Under the pieces are notes generated by a model that worked only from the letters and a program-made list of their open reading frames with translations, was not told the origin of the DNA and ran no database searches. The translations under genes and the position numbers were made by a program. Below are positions 48,210-57,920 of a stretch of 64,000 nt of DNA, piece by piece. Source of the stretch: Spirochaetia bacterium (GTDB lineage Bacteria; Spirochaetota; Spirochaetia; DSM-2461); assembly GCA_963668315.1 (NCBI GenBank), contig OY764216.1, forward strand, positions 3,616,001 to 3,680,000, written 5' to 3'. Each line of letters opens with the position of its first letter. Position 1 is the first letter of the stretch.

Positions 48210-48253
48210 AAGTTAAGTATAGTTGAAATGACCTGAGCTTGTCCAATGGTTTT

Positions 48254-48562
48254 TTAATTTTTCATAAGCCTGACAACGATCTCTATACGGTTGTAGAGGA
48301 CATCGGAAATCTGATCTCTTTCCAGTCTTCCCTCGGCCAGAGCATCGGCTATCATGAGCACGGGATCGCCATGGTCCCGGCTTCCGCGGATCTGCCCGTA
48401 ACGCAGGAGCATCCTGTCCAGGTCATGAAAAGTTACGGTTCCCTTCTTCCATCCCCGGAAAGCCTTTTCAAGCTCTTTAAGGTACTCTCCCCGCTCATTA
48501 TCACCCAGAAAAGCCATGAGTCTCTCGATTTCGTCCTGTTCTTCCAGCGTATATGATTTCAT
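48254..48562 (-). CDS. Hypothetical protein coupled to PIN-PhoH
   Basis: TAATG overlap with PhoH stop. Confidence 0.65.
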   Translation of the reverse strand: MKSYTLEEQDEIERLMAFLGDNERGEYLKELEKAFRGWKKGTVTFHDLDRMLLRYGQIRGSRDHGDPVLMIADALAEGRLERDQISDVLYNRIEIVVRLMKN

Positions 48563-49884
48563 TAAAGCAACTCTGCCGCCAGATCGGCAAGGGGGCTCCG
48601 TTCCGTTTGAGAAAGGGTGATATGCCCTGCGAGGGAAACGGATTTAAAACATTCCACGAGATAACTCAAACCGTTCGATTCGGCATCAAGATAGGGGCTG
48701 TCGATCTGGAACGGATCGCCGCAGAGGATGACCTTGGTTCCCTCTCCCGCCCGGCTCACCACCGTTTTGACTTCATGGGGCGTCAGATTCTGAGCTTCAT
48801 CAATAATGATGAACTGTCTCGGCAGAGAACGCCCCCTTATATAGGTGAGGGCTTCTATCTCGATGATCTTATTATTAAGAAGCTGATCGATGCTTTTCAA
48901 ATTCTGCTGTTTCCCCGACTCGATAATCAGTTCAAGATTATCAAAAACAGGCTGCATCCAGTGATTCATCTTCGCCTGTTTCGCCCCCGGGAGGTATCCG
49001 ATATCATTCCCCATGGGAATGATCGGCCGCGTGACGAGAACCCGGGAATATTTCTTATCGTTAAGCGTTTTCTTCAGTGCCGCCGCCAGGGCGAGCAGGG
49101 TTTTCCCCGTACCGGCCCTGCCGACCATGGTGACCAGGGGAATATCGTCATCAAGGAGCAGATCGAAGGCCATCCGCTGTTCAATATTCAAAGGTTTTAT
49201 CCCCAGTACGGACTCCTGGTGTGAATTGACGAAATTCAGCCTTTTGTCCTCTTCGCTGTAACGGCCCAGGTGAACCGTTTTTCCCTGGCCCTTTTTGTGA
49301 ACAATTACAAATTCATTGGGCTGGATGGGATCGGCATATTCCCGGTAGCCGTCTATGCGGAATTTCTCGAAGTTTTCATCGTCAAGGGTCATTTCTGTCA
49401 TGCCGCCGAAAAGGGACATGATGTTCACCTTATTCTTCTCGTAATCAACGGCTTTCAGCCCCAGGGCCGTCGCCTTGATGCGGGCGTTGATATCCTTCGA
49501 AACGAAAAAGACCGAATTCCCCTTCTCCATTTCCTCGAGGGCGCATAGAATGATCTTGTTATCCATTTTCTCGAGAAGAAAACCGGGGGGGATGTTTTTA
49601 CTGTAGCGCAAGCTGACACGGAGAGTCCCCCCGTTGTCCAGCCTGACCCCCCTGTGAAGCGAACCCTTGCCTACCGCATCATTGATGCGCCGTATGGCGT
49701 GCCGGGCGGATCGGCCCCTTCCGTGATGATCCCTTTTGAGATTATCCAGTTCTTCCAGCACCCAGAGGGGCAGAACAACATCGCATCCCTTGAAAGATAA
49801 AAAAGCATCGGGCCGGTGAATCAGGACATTCGTATCAAGTACGAAGACCTTGTTTTTTCCATGTCTGTGTTCGTTATTCTTCAT
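48562..49884 (-). CDS. PIN-PhoH fusion (PhoH2/YlaK type)
   Basis: FVLDTNV, V.EELD.LK, SKDIN.RIKA; GRAGTGKT, IGYLPG, YIRGRS, DEAQN, GDP.QID. Confidence 0.93.
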   Translation of the reverse strand: MKNNEHRHGKNKVFVLDTNVLIHRPDAFLSFKGCDVVLPLWVLEELDNLKRDHHGRGRSARHAIRRINDAVGKGSLHRGVRLDNGGTLRVSLRYSKNIPPGFLLEKMDNKIILCALEEMEKGNSVFFVSKDINARIKATALGLKAVDYEKNKVNIMSLFGGMTEMTLDDENFEKFRIDGYREYADPIQPNEFVIVHKKGQGKTVHLGRYSEEDKRLNFVNSHQESVLGIKPLNIEQRMAFDLLLDDDIPLVTMVGRAGTGKTLLALAAALKKTLNDKKYSRVLVTRPIIPMGNDIGYLPGAKQAKMNHWMQPVFDNLELIIESGKQQNLKSIDQLLNNKIIEIEALTYIRGRSLPRQFIIIDEAQNLTPHEVKTVVSRAGEGTKVILCGDPFQIDSPYLDAESNGLSYLVECFKSVSLAGHITLSQTERSPLADLAAELL

Positions 49885-50602
49885 TTTTCATCCCCATTTC
49901 GTCCAAAACCTGAGCCAATAACCCGGGGTCATCAGTAAATATACCGTCAACCCCCCAATTAATCAGCCTGATCATGTCACTTTTCTCATTTACCGTCCAC
50001 GGCTGTACTTCCACACCGCGGGAATGGGCATATTCAATCATGGCCGGACTTACCAGGCGCAGAGGTCCGTAGGTTTCACATACCTGCATATACTTTATGG
50101 GATAGGGTTTTCCTTTGCGGATTTTAAGTTTGCAGCTGATCCAGAAAAGCATGACTTCCCGGGGGGACATGGAAGTGGAGCAATCGGGGAAAAGCTTTCG
50201 GAAGTATCTGAGATTGGAGTGGTAAAAGGAAGCCACCGTCACGCGGTCACCGGCCTTTCTCTTCCGCAGAGTACGCACCACCATGTCAATCAGCCAGGGG
50301 TCCTTGTCCTTCAGGTCGATATTGCAGCGGAGCCTGGGATAGCGGTGCAGGAAGATATCAAAGGTCATGGCGCCTTCGAGCTTGAGAAAATCGGTACTGT
50401 TCATTCCCCTGATCGCCGTGGGGCCGTATCCGTCGTCAACCGTGTCGTCATGATTCAGAACGACCTTGTCATCACTGCTCCTGTGAAGATCCGTTTCAAG
50501 AACATCGGCCCCTTTCTGCCGGGCGCTTCTGAACGCGGCAGAGCGGTTTTCGGGAAAATACCGGGAATCTCCCCTGTGAGCAATGATCTTGACTCTCTCC
50601 AT
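49874..50602 (-). CDS. Glycerophosphodiester phosphodiesterase
   Basis: IAHRG, PEN, E.D, HD, WTVN, GVDGI.TD.P. Confidence 0.92.
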   Translation of the reverse strand: MERVKIIAHRGDSRYFPENRSAAFRSARQKGADVLETDLHRSSDDKVVLNHDDTVDDGYGPTAIRGMNSTDFLKLEGAMTFDIFLHRYPRLRCNIDLKDKDPWLIDMVVRTLRKRKAGDRVTVASFYHSNLRYFRKLFPDCSTSMSPREVMLFWISCKLKIRKGKPYPIKYMQVCETYGPLRLVSPAMIEYAHSRGVEVQPWTVNEKSDMIRLINWGVDGIFTDDPGLLAQVLDEMGMKNEE

Positions 50603-50614
50603 AGGTGTGTCCTC

Positions 50615-51940
50615 CTAATCCTGCTGGTTTGACAATTCCTGTATCTGCGTCATCAGTTTTCTCAGCTCTGTGATCTGATTGGTTCTATCATCAAGGGCCG
50701 TTTCGAGGTCCTCCTTATCTTCAAGGAGGCTCTCCCGCTCATTGTTCAGATCCCGGATACTGGCGTTTTTCCGGTTTATCTCGGCGGTGAACTGATTCTT
50801 CTGGGCTTCTATTTCGGCTTCATGCTGCTGACGCATTCGGTTCAGAATGGCTTCAAAGGATTCGGCGGATTTTTCTTCCTCCGATATGGTTTCCTCAAGA
50901 CCGGAAGGCTCCAGTTTTATCAGATAGATCCTGTCTTCTCCTGCCTTGATCACCAGATGCATGGTTCTGTCCAGATAGCCACGTTTTCTCACCAGAACAT
51001 TCAGTTCGCTTCCCACATCGAATAATCCGGAAAAATAACCCGTGGCGATTTTCCGCCCTTCAATGTAAATATCAGCTCCGGCGGGGGAACTTTCCAGAAC
51101 GACGGTAACCGGCCAGGCGCCCTGCTCCACACTGATCTGGTTCATTCGTTTGAGGTTATCAATTCTGAGGGAGGCGCTTTCGCCCATGGGGTATACGGGG
51201 GAACGGGAACGGTCGTCCTGGGCGATGAAGACCTGTTCTCCCGTCTCGACGAGCGGTTCGGTTCTCTCCTCACCGTCGACGGTATAGTGAACGGAACCCT
51301 CTTCAACAGCCAGAAGGACACCGTCCTTGGAACGCATGACAAGAAATTCCGTACCCTTGACCTCGTAGAGGACTCCGTCAGATTCCACTTCGAACTGATC
51401 GCTTTCACTCAGCTTTTTCACCCGGTAGAGCATGGAGCCCATCAGAACTTCCGTTTTTATCTGCATCTCTTTCTGGGCATTGACCAGTTTCTTCATAAGC
51501 ATGACCGTATTGCTGTCCAGACCGGCCGTACCGCGGTCGGAAAACTGAATCTGACAGTAAGACTGGTCCACGACTTTGAGGACATCCCCCTCTTTGAGAG
51601 AGTCCCCTATGTCGGCCGTTATAATCCTGTCATTTCTTATGATATAGACTTCTCCGGAAATTCCCGTGATAAAAACCGCCTTGCCCGAAACATTCACCGG
51701 CGGGAGCTCCTCCGGCTCACCGTACCCGTCATAGGGATCGATGAACCAGGAATAGAGCCCCAGGAACAGAAGGGCCACGGCCACCCCCGCCAGGACAAAA
51801 AGACCGTATTTAAGAAAGGGATTCATCCCCTTTTTCTTATCTTTTTCTTCCTTCTGACCATTACCGGCAGGGGCGGAAGGAACTCTTCTCCTCTTAACGG
51901 CCGTGGTCTCGGGGGATTTTTTCTTATCATGGGATTTCAT
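50615..51940 (-). CDS. Membrane-anchored FecR-domain + PEGA-domain + coiled-coil protein
   Basis: TM, FecR-like (L.EGD, V.GTEF, V.EG.V), PEGA-like S.PAGA.IY.EG...K.GY, C-terminal coiled coil. Confidence 0.72.
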   Translation of the reverse strand: MKSHDKKKSPETTAVKRRRVPSAPAGNGQKEEKDKKKGMNPFLKYGLFVLAGVAVALLFLGLYSWFIDPYDGYGEPEELPPVNVSGKAVFITGISGEVYIIRNDRIITADIGDSLKEGDVLKVVDQSYCQIQFSDRGTAGLDSNTVMLMKKLVNAQKEMQIKTEVLMGSMLYRVKKLSESDQFEVESDGVLYEVKGTEFLVMRSKDGVLLAVEEGSVHYTVDGEERTEPLVETGEQVFIAQDDRSRSPVYPMGESASLRIDNLKRMNQISVEQGAWPVTVVLESSPAGADIYIEGRKIATGYFSGLFDVGSELNVLVRKRGYLDRTMHLVIKAGEDRIYLIKLEPSGLEETISEEEKSAESFEAILNRMRQQHEAEIEAQKNQFTAEINRKNASIRDLNNERESLLEDKEDLETALDDRTNQITELRKLMTQIQELSNQQD

Positions 51941-51946
51941 CCGCGC

Positions 51947-53605
51947 TTAATAACCTTCCTTCAAAGCCTGAGCTATATTAAGACAATAGTCTCCTATCTG
52001 CTCAATATAGCGCACCATATCGATAAAGAGAAGTTCCCCTTTAATATTTTCTCCGCTGTTCATATTTTTTCGGGCCCGTTTCTTGAGCTTTTTCTGCTGG
52101 CTGTTTATCTTCTTTTCCAGCTCGTAGGCTTTTTTCAAAGACTCTTCATCGGGAATTTCCAGGTTGTAATCTTTGATGAGAAGAAGGAATTTCTGGGCTT
52201 CCTTCGTGTAATCCAGAATCTCCTGATAGGCTTCCTCATGAAAATCAATCTTTTTATCCTGCTTCCTGTTCGCCAGTACCATGAGGTTAAAGCAACTGTC
52301 ACCGATACTCTCCAGCTCATTGACAATTCTAATAAGGGCGCTGATTCTGGTCTGAAAATCGATATCCTGATTTTCCGCAGAACAAAGCATAAAGAACCGG
52401 GTCAGTTCCTCTTCCATCTGATCCGTATAGTCTTCCTGCTTTTTCTGCTCCTCCAGCATATCGGTAACGCGGACCTTGGGATTGTTTATGAAGGCGACAA
52501 AGTGACTGAACATGATCTCGACTTTGTCTATCATATTCGCCACTTCCTTCCGTCCCCGGAGCATATTGAAATCGGATACATTCTGCAGCGTTCTCTCCAC
52601 ATATTCAATGGTGTATCGGGTCTCCTCTTCCTCATTTCGGCTGGGGATGATCTTTTTCACCAGCTTGGTGATTTGAGGGACGAATCCGATAAAGAGAGCG
52701 GTGTTGATAATATTGAAGCTGGTGTGAAAGGCGGCAAGCTGAGCCGTTATATCGTCACCGGGGATAATGAACCGGGCAAGGGCGAGATAGGGTTTGAAGA
52801 AGATCAAGGCCACGATAGAACCGGCGATATTGAAAAGGATGTGGACAAAGGCCGCTCTTCTCGCATTCAGTTTGGCGCCGAGACCTGCCAGGAAGGCATC
52901 GATTGTCGTTCCGATATTGGAGCCCAGAATCATGGCGGCTGCCGATTCAAAGGGGATAATCTGGCCGTAGGCCATGGTCAGGGTAATGGCCATGGACGCA
53001 CTGGAGGAGTGGACCACGATGGTGAGAACCGTTCCGGCGAAAACGAAGATAATCGTGGAAAGGAATCCCATCGAAGAGAGGGGGGCCAGAAAGGAAACGT
53101 TTTCCGCATCGGGTTTGGGAAAAACATCCTTCATATAGGAAAGGCCCAGGAAAAGAAGTCCGAAGCCCAGGATGACTTCTCCCCAGTGGCGCCGGGCGCT
53201 TACCTTCGAAAAGAAAAGGGGCATACCGACACCGATAATCGGAATAGCCAGGGAGGTCATGCTCACCTTGAAGCCGAGTATCGAAACGATCCATCCTGTA
53301 ATGGTCGTTCCGATATTGGCGCCCATTATCACACCGACCGACTGGAAAAGCGTCATCAGACCCGCGTTGACGAATCCCACAACCATAACCGTTGTCGCCG
53401 ATGATGACTGAATTATCGCCGTAACGATGAAACCGGTGAACAGGGCCATGAAACGGTTGGATGTCAGACTGTTCAGGATAGCTTCCATTCTGTCGCTGGA
53501 AGCCTTTTGCAAACCGTCGCTCATCATTCTCATTCCCAGCAGGAAAAGTCCCAGGGAACCTAACAGAAGAAAAACACTATCGACAATTTGTCGGAATAAA
53601 ATCAT
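51947..53605 (-). CDS. Na+/Pi cotransporter with PhoU-like C-terminus
   Basis: LGLFL.GM..MS.GLQ, QSSSAT, GANIGTT, HSSSA, GSNIGTT, E.IGD repeats. Confidence 0.93.
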   Translation of the reverse strand: MILFRQIVDSVFLLLGSLGLFLLGMRMMSDGLQKASSDRMEAILNSLTSNRFMALFTGFIVTAIIQSSSATTVMVVGFVNAGLMTLFQSVGVIMGANIGTTITGWIVSILGFKVSMTSLAIPIIGVGMPLFFSKVSARRHWGEVILGFGLLFLGLSYMKDVFPKPDAENVSFLAPLSSMGFLSTIIFVFAGTVLTIVVHSSSASMAITLTMAYGQIIPFESAAAMILGSNIGTTIDAFLAGLGAKLNARRAAFVHILFNIAGSIVALIFFKPYLALARFIIPGDDITAQLAAFHTSFNIINTALFIGFVPQITKLVKKIIPSRNEEEETRYTIEYVERTLQNVSDFNMLRGRKEVANMIDKVEIMFSHFVAFINNPKVRVTDMLEEQKKQEDYTDQMEEELTRFFMLCSAENQDIDFQTRISALIRIVNELESIGDSCFNLMVLANRKQDKKIDFHEEAYQEILDYTKEAQKFLLLIKDYNLEIPDEESLKKAYELEKKINSQQKKLKKRARKNMNSGENIKGELLFIDMVRYIEQIGDYCLNIAQALKEGY

Positions 53606-53670
53606 GGGCAAAAATCTCCTCAACCAATACTGATAATCATACTAGAAATAAGTCGATTATTCACCCTGAT

Positions 53671-54492
53671 TTAACGCTGTTTTAACCATTTTTTCCCAAA
53701 ATAGTAGATCAGGGCCAGTAATAACGTAAGGAAATAGGGAAATGAAAGGACCAGATCGGAGGGAATAAAATCGGAATGCTGAAGATTGACCGCCCATAAA
53801 TCAAAGAGGGAGAAGAGGAATACAGCAGGGAGGATACCGGCAGCCTTCCCACCTCCCAGATATACGGCTACGAGGGCTATCCACCCTTTTCCCGCCGACA
53901 TTCCGGGAACGAAGACCCCCAGAGGCAGGGATAGCGCCGCTCCCGAGATGCCGGCAAATGCGCCGCCGAGCATGAGAGAAAGGCTCTGAGTCGGGCGGAC
54001 GGACCTCCCCTTCTCTTCCAGTCTGTCCGGGCAGACCCCGCAGAGACGGATCAGTCTTCCCGGATTGGACCGGGAGAAGAAAAGCATGGTGAAAAGCAGT
54101 ACGGCCGCGGCGATAAGGGGAAAAAGCCAGTCGGACGGCAGGATTTCCCGTTCGGGCCGCACAGTTCCTTCTGTTCCGTAAATGATCCGGGAAAAGGTGC
54201 TCACCAGTGGATAGGCAAGCAGATTGATTCCAAGGCCCGAGACGAAAGGATCGCTTTTCATATACAAAGTTGAAAGGATAAAGAGTCCCGTAAGAAAAAG
54301 GGAGATCGCTATACCCGCGGCGATTCCCAGAGCGACGGAAGATGTTTCCGAGGCGATCCACAGGGAGAAAAAAGAGGAAACGAGCATTAATCCTTCCAGA
54401 GAGATATTGAGGATCCCGGTTTTTTCTGAATACAGACCGCCGAGGGCGGCTAGAAGCAGAGGAAGGGATAGGGAAAAAAAAGACTCAATCAC
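53671..54492 (-). CDS. rfuD: ABC permease (riboflavin uptake RfuD-like)
   Basis: ALGG..SE..G..NI.LEG.M, GKGWIAL, PY.LT; FMN riboswitch operon. Confidence 0.75.
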   Translation of the reverse strand: MIESFFSLSLPLLLAALGGLYSEKTGILNISLEGLMLVSSFFSLWIASETSSVALGIAAGIAISLFLTGLFILSTLYMKSDPFVSGLGINLLAYPLVSTFSRIIYGTEGTVRPEREILPSDWLFPLIAAAVLLFTMLFFSRSNPGRLIRLCGVCPDRLEEKGRSVRPTQSLSLMLGGAFAGISGAALSLPLGVFVPGMSAGKGWIALVAVYLGGGKAAGILPAVFLFSLFDLWAVNLQHSDFIPSDLVLSFPYFLTLLLALIYYFGKKWLKQR

Positions 54493-55495
54493 GGTGAAGC
54501 CTCCCGGATGTGACAATAAGGAAAATCAGGGCCATGACAAAACCGTCCACCGGATAGGGGAACTGGCCCCCTATGCCCAGTTTTTCCGAACCTTCCACCA
54601 GATGGGAGAAGAACAGGGCCGACGGGAAAACCAGCAGAGGATGGTTTCCTCCGATCAGCGCCAGAGCCATGCCGTTCCATCCGATTCCGGAGAAGAAGTC
54701 CTGAATGCCCCGGTGGTTCGTGCCCAGGATGACAACGGCACCGGTAATACCGTTCACCGCGCCGCTCGAGAATAGGGTCTTCACGGTCTGTCTCTTTCTG
54801 TCAATGCCGCAATAGGCGGCGAATTCCCCGTTTACACCGCAGAGACGCCATTCATATCCGGCGGGTCGGAGAAAAAGAAAGAGATAGACTGATACGATCA
54901 GCAGAAGGGCGAGAAAGAGAGAGATGTTAAGGTGTGACGGCGCCATGATTTCCCAGAGGCGGAACCTTTCGGGGATGGCGGGCGTCGTGACCAGATAACT
55001 GTCTGAATCTTTGAAGGGGCCGGTTATGAAAAACCGGGAGGCGCTTATTGTCCCCATGGAGAGAAGATAGGTGGTGATGACTTCGCTCAGGCCGATGGTA
55101 TTTTTTATCACCCCGGAAAGGGCCCCCAGGAGGCCGGAAGCCAAGGCCGCACCCGAGAGGGCGACGACGATGCCCAAGAATCCGCTGGCGGGCTGAAAAT
55201 AGTGGAATATGATAACCGTGGCAATGCCGCCCAGGCAGATTTGCCCTTCCCCTCCCAGATTGAACTCCCCTCCCTGGAAAGCGAGTACAACGGCTGATCC
55301 GCTGAACATATAAAGGACGGCCCGGTTCAGCCAGTTTCCCGTGGAGAAAAAGGAGGAAAAGGGTTCCAGAAAGAATTTGCCCAATCCGCCGGATACGGGC
55401 CTGAAAAAAAGAATGATGACCAGCGCGGAGAAAAGATAGGCAAGGAACATCATGAACAGAAGAAAAGGAGCTTTGCGGTTAAGTATTTTTTTCAT
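54485..55495 (-). CDS. rfuC: ABC permease (riboflavin uptake RfuC-like)
   Basis: FNLGGEGQ, EVI.T..L, G.N..FA.Y.GI, G.GW.G...AL.G..HP. Confidence 0.75.
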   Translation of the reverse strand: MKKILNRKAPFLLFMMFLAYLFSALVIILFFRPVSGGLGKFFLEPFSSFFSTGNWLNRAVLYMFSGSAVVLAFQGGEFNLGGEGQICLGGIATVIIFHYFQPASGFLGIVVALSGAALASGLLGALSGVIKNTIGLSEVITTYLLSMGTISASRFFITGPFKDSDSYLVTTPAIPERFRLWEIMAPSHLNISLFLALLLIVSVYLFLFLRPAGYEWRLCGVNGEFAAYCGIDRKRQTVKTLFSSGAVNGITGAVVILGTNHRGIQDFFSGIGWNGMALALIGGNHPLLVFPSALFFSHLVEGSEKLGIGGQFPYPVDGFVMALIFLIVTSGRLHRD

Positions 55496-56810
55496 AGTCC
55501 ACCCCTCCCATCAGCGCCGTTAATTGATCAAGAGTACACTCTCCTTTTTTAAAGGGGGTGCCTCTTTTCCCGTTGAAAAGAGGAATGATTTCATCGCCCT
55601 GGGCCAAAGCTTCCTCGGGATCGGCGGTCAAAAGGGTGATCTCCTTTCCCTCTTCCTTCGCCTTTCTCATCAGTCCGTATAGATACTCCCGGTTGGCCAG
55701 ATCAAGGGCCGTAGAAGGTTCGGAAAGGAGGATTTTATCTCCCGGCCGCTGAAATTCCCTCAGAAGAAGCAGCTTTTTCTGATTCCCTCCGGATAGATGC
55801 TTCATCAGATCCTGGGGCCGTGCCACAATGCCGTTCTTCTCCAAATCCCTGTAGCCGTCATCCATATAGCGCCTTCTTCTGAGAAAGCCCAGGGAGGTTT
55901 TATACTTCTGCCGGTGGTGAATCATCAGATTATCCACGGGAGACCAGTTGGATTCCATGGCCCGGTTCCTGTTGACGGACGGGATATAGCCGTTCTCTCC
56001 CCGGCCCATCCGGGAAGCCAGGAGATTCTCCTCGTCCCACAGACCGCTTTCATGATATCCGGCGATAACCCGGATGATGCCTTCCTTCCTGCTTTCGGTC
56101 CCAAGACCGGACAGTACCGGATCGGATGACTTATGGGCCATCAGGGCCTTGAGGATATTCTCCTTCAGTCCCTTACTCCCCTGTTTTTCATCAAGAACGA
56201 CCCGTCCCTTGCTCATGACTATCACTCTGGTTCCGAACAGCAGGGCATCCTGTATTTTATGGGTGATAAGGACGGGAGTGAGCCCGCCCTTCTTGAGAAG
56301 TTCGAGAAGCTCGGCTAATCGGGGAAACTCCGGCTCATCCAGTATGATCAGTCTTTTATTCTCCATGAGACATTCGGCCAGTTCCACCATCTGATGCTGA
56401 TAGGGAACAAGATCCCCCATTAAGGAATGGGCGGAAAAAACCGCGCCCAGATGGGAAAGGACCGCGGAGAGCTTTTCCCTCTCCTTCTTTACGGAATAAA
56501 AAAAGCCTCCCCCTATCCGGCGGTTTCCGCCGAACACCATATCGGACACCGATATGTTCCTGCCGAAGGAGGGCTTCTGATGAACAAGGGCCGCCGGACC
56601 GGACTCCCCGAACCGGATAGTTCCCCGGTCCGGCTTGAGAACCCCGCTCATAAGAGAAGCCAGGGTGCTTTTGCCCGCCCCGTTTTCCCCCATGAGCACC
56701 AGGGTCTCGCCGGCATTGGCCGTAAGAGACACATCGTTACAGGCCGTCACACCATTCATGGCAAAGGTTTTGCTTACATTTTCCAGCTCAATTACCGGCG
56801 TGCCTTGCAC
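55479..56810 (-). CDS. rfuB: CUT2-type double-domain ABC ATPase (RfuB-like)
   Basis: GENGAGKS, ILDEP, ITHK, LSGGNQKK. Confidence 0.75.
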   Translation of the reverse strand: MQGTPVIELENVSKTFAMNGVTACNDVSLTANAGETLVLMGENGAGKSTLASLMSGVLKPDRGTIRFGESGPAALVHQKPSFGRNISVSDMVFGGNRRIGGGFFYSVKKEREKLSAVLSHLGAVFSAHSLMGDLVPYQHQMVELAECLMENKRLIILDEPEFPRLAELLELLKKGGLTPVLITHKIQDALLFGTRVIVMSKGRVVLDEKQGSKGLKENILKALMAHKSSDPVLSGLGTESRKEGIIRVIAGYHESGLWDEENLLASRMGRGENGYIPSVNRNRAMESNWSPVDNLMIHHRQKYKTSLGFLRRRRYMDDGYRDLEKNGIVARPQDLMKHLSGGNQKKLLLLREFQRPGDKILLSEPSTALDLANREYLYGLMRKAKEEGKEITLLTADPEEALAQGDEIIPLFNGKRGTPFKKGECTLDQLTALMGGVDYEKNT

Positions 56811-56814
56811 AGGC

Positions 56815-57858
56815 TTATTCCTCTGAATCCAGGTGATAGCGTCCGCTCATAAACTGCTCCATCTGGAATGCGACGCTATCCTTTACCCCTTCGGGAACAT
56901 ATTTCTGATAGGCTTCCTCCGATTCATCGATGAGGACGTAACCGTCACTGATATTCCCCTCCTGAAGGTCGCCCTGTTCCAGGCTGCCGTCCAGTATACC
57001 CAGAACCATCTCCTCGGCGGCCTGTTCCTGCCTTATGATGGCGCTTCCCAGGATCACACCGGGCGCCGCGTCCGTTCCGGGGGAATCAAACCAGACGATA
57101 TATTTCCCCTCTTTCTTTGCCGTGGACAACACGCCCTGGTTGGCGCCTCCGGCTATGGGCAGTATGACATCCACACCGGAGCGGTACATGCTTTCGGCCA
57201 GTTCGGAGGACTTGGCCGCATCGTACCAGTTTCCCACAACGCGGAAATCCAGTTCAAACCGGGGGTCAACGCTTTTCATTCCCATGATAAAACCGGGAAC
57301 AATAGACTTATCCATATCAGGATAGGTCTGACCCGCGATCAGCCCCAGCTTATATTCACCGGATAGATTGTCAAGGGAAGAAAGGGAAGCCTGGGCAGCG
57401 AGAAATCCCGCCATAAAAGCCTGCTCCTTATGATTATAGGAGAAAACCGTCAGGTTTTCGTCAGCCCTGTTCTCACCGTCCAGGACAAGAAACTGCTGGG
57501 CGGGGAAAAGGGTTTTCACCTCGCGGCAGAGGGCGGACAGGGCGGGATTGGAGGTAACGATAAGATTGTACTTCCCCTCCGCGGCCAGGGCCGTCAGCTT
57601 GTCTTTCCATTCACCCTGATTAAAGCCGGCTTCCACGGTCGTGACGGCAATATCCCGCTGTTCCGCCGCTTTACGGACTCCCCCATCCATCTGCAGATAG
57701 GTGGGACTCCCCTCAAGCATGCCGGGAACAAAGACGGCGATCTCGTAAACAGCCGAGGATGACTCTTCCTGCTGTCCTGTCGCAGAGAGAAAAACGAATG
57801 ACGAAATGACTAGGGTAAACAAGATGAGAAACGCTTTACCCTGATTAAAATGAAACAT
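56815..57858 (-). CDS. rfuA: BMP-family substrate-binding protein (riboflavin-binding RfuA-like)
   Basis: VFVPG...GSP.Y, GLIAGQ.YP, VVGNWYDA.K, GGANQGV; directly under an FMN riboswitch; SD GGAGG. Confidence 0.82.
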   Translation of the reverse strand: MFHFNQGKAFLILFTLVISSFVFLSATGQQEESSSAVYEIAVFVPGMLEGSPTYLQMDGGVRKAAEQRDIAVTTVEAGFNQGEWKDKLTALAAEGKYNLIVTSNPALSALCREVKTLFPAQQFLVLDGENRADENLTVFSYNHKEQAFMAGFLAAQASLSSLDNLSGEYKLGLIAGQTYPDMDKSIVPGFIMGMKSVDPRFELDFRVVGNWYDAAKSSELAESMYRSGVDVILPIAGGANQGVLSTAKKEGKYIVWFDSPGTDAAPGVILGSAIIRQEQAAEEMVLGILDGSLEQGDLQEGNISDGYVLIDESEEAYQKYVPEGVKDSVAFQMEQFMSGRYHLDSEE

Positions 57859-57920
57859 AGAACCTCCAAGCTTTGGGAAAACATGGAGGAGAATTCCAAC
57901 TGGCACAGTCATGCCAAAGA

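Noticed and set aside
51287..53404. 705-aa plus-strand ORF
   Set aside because: Antisense shadow of the Na/Pi and FecR genes; no SD, no motifs, expected from codon bias
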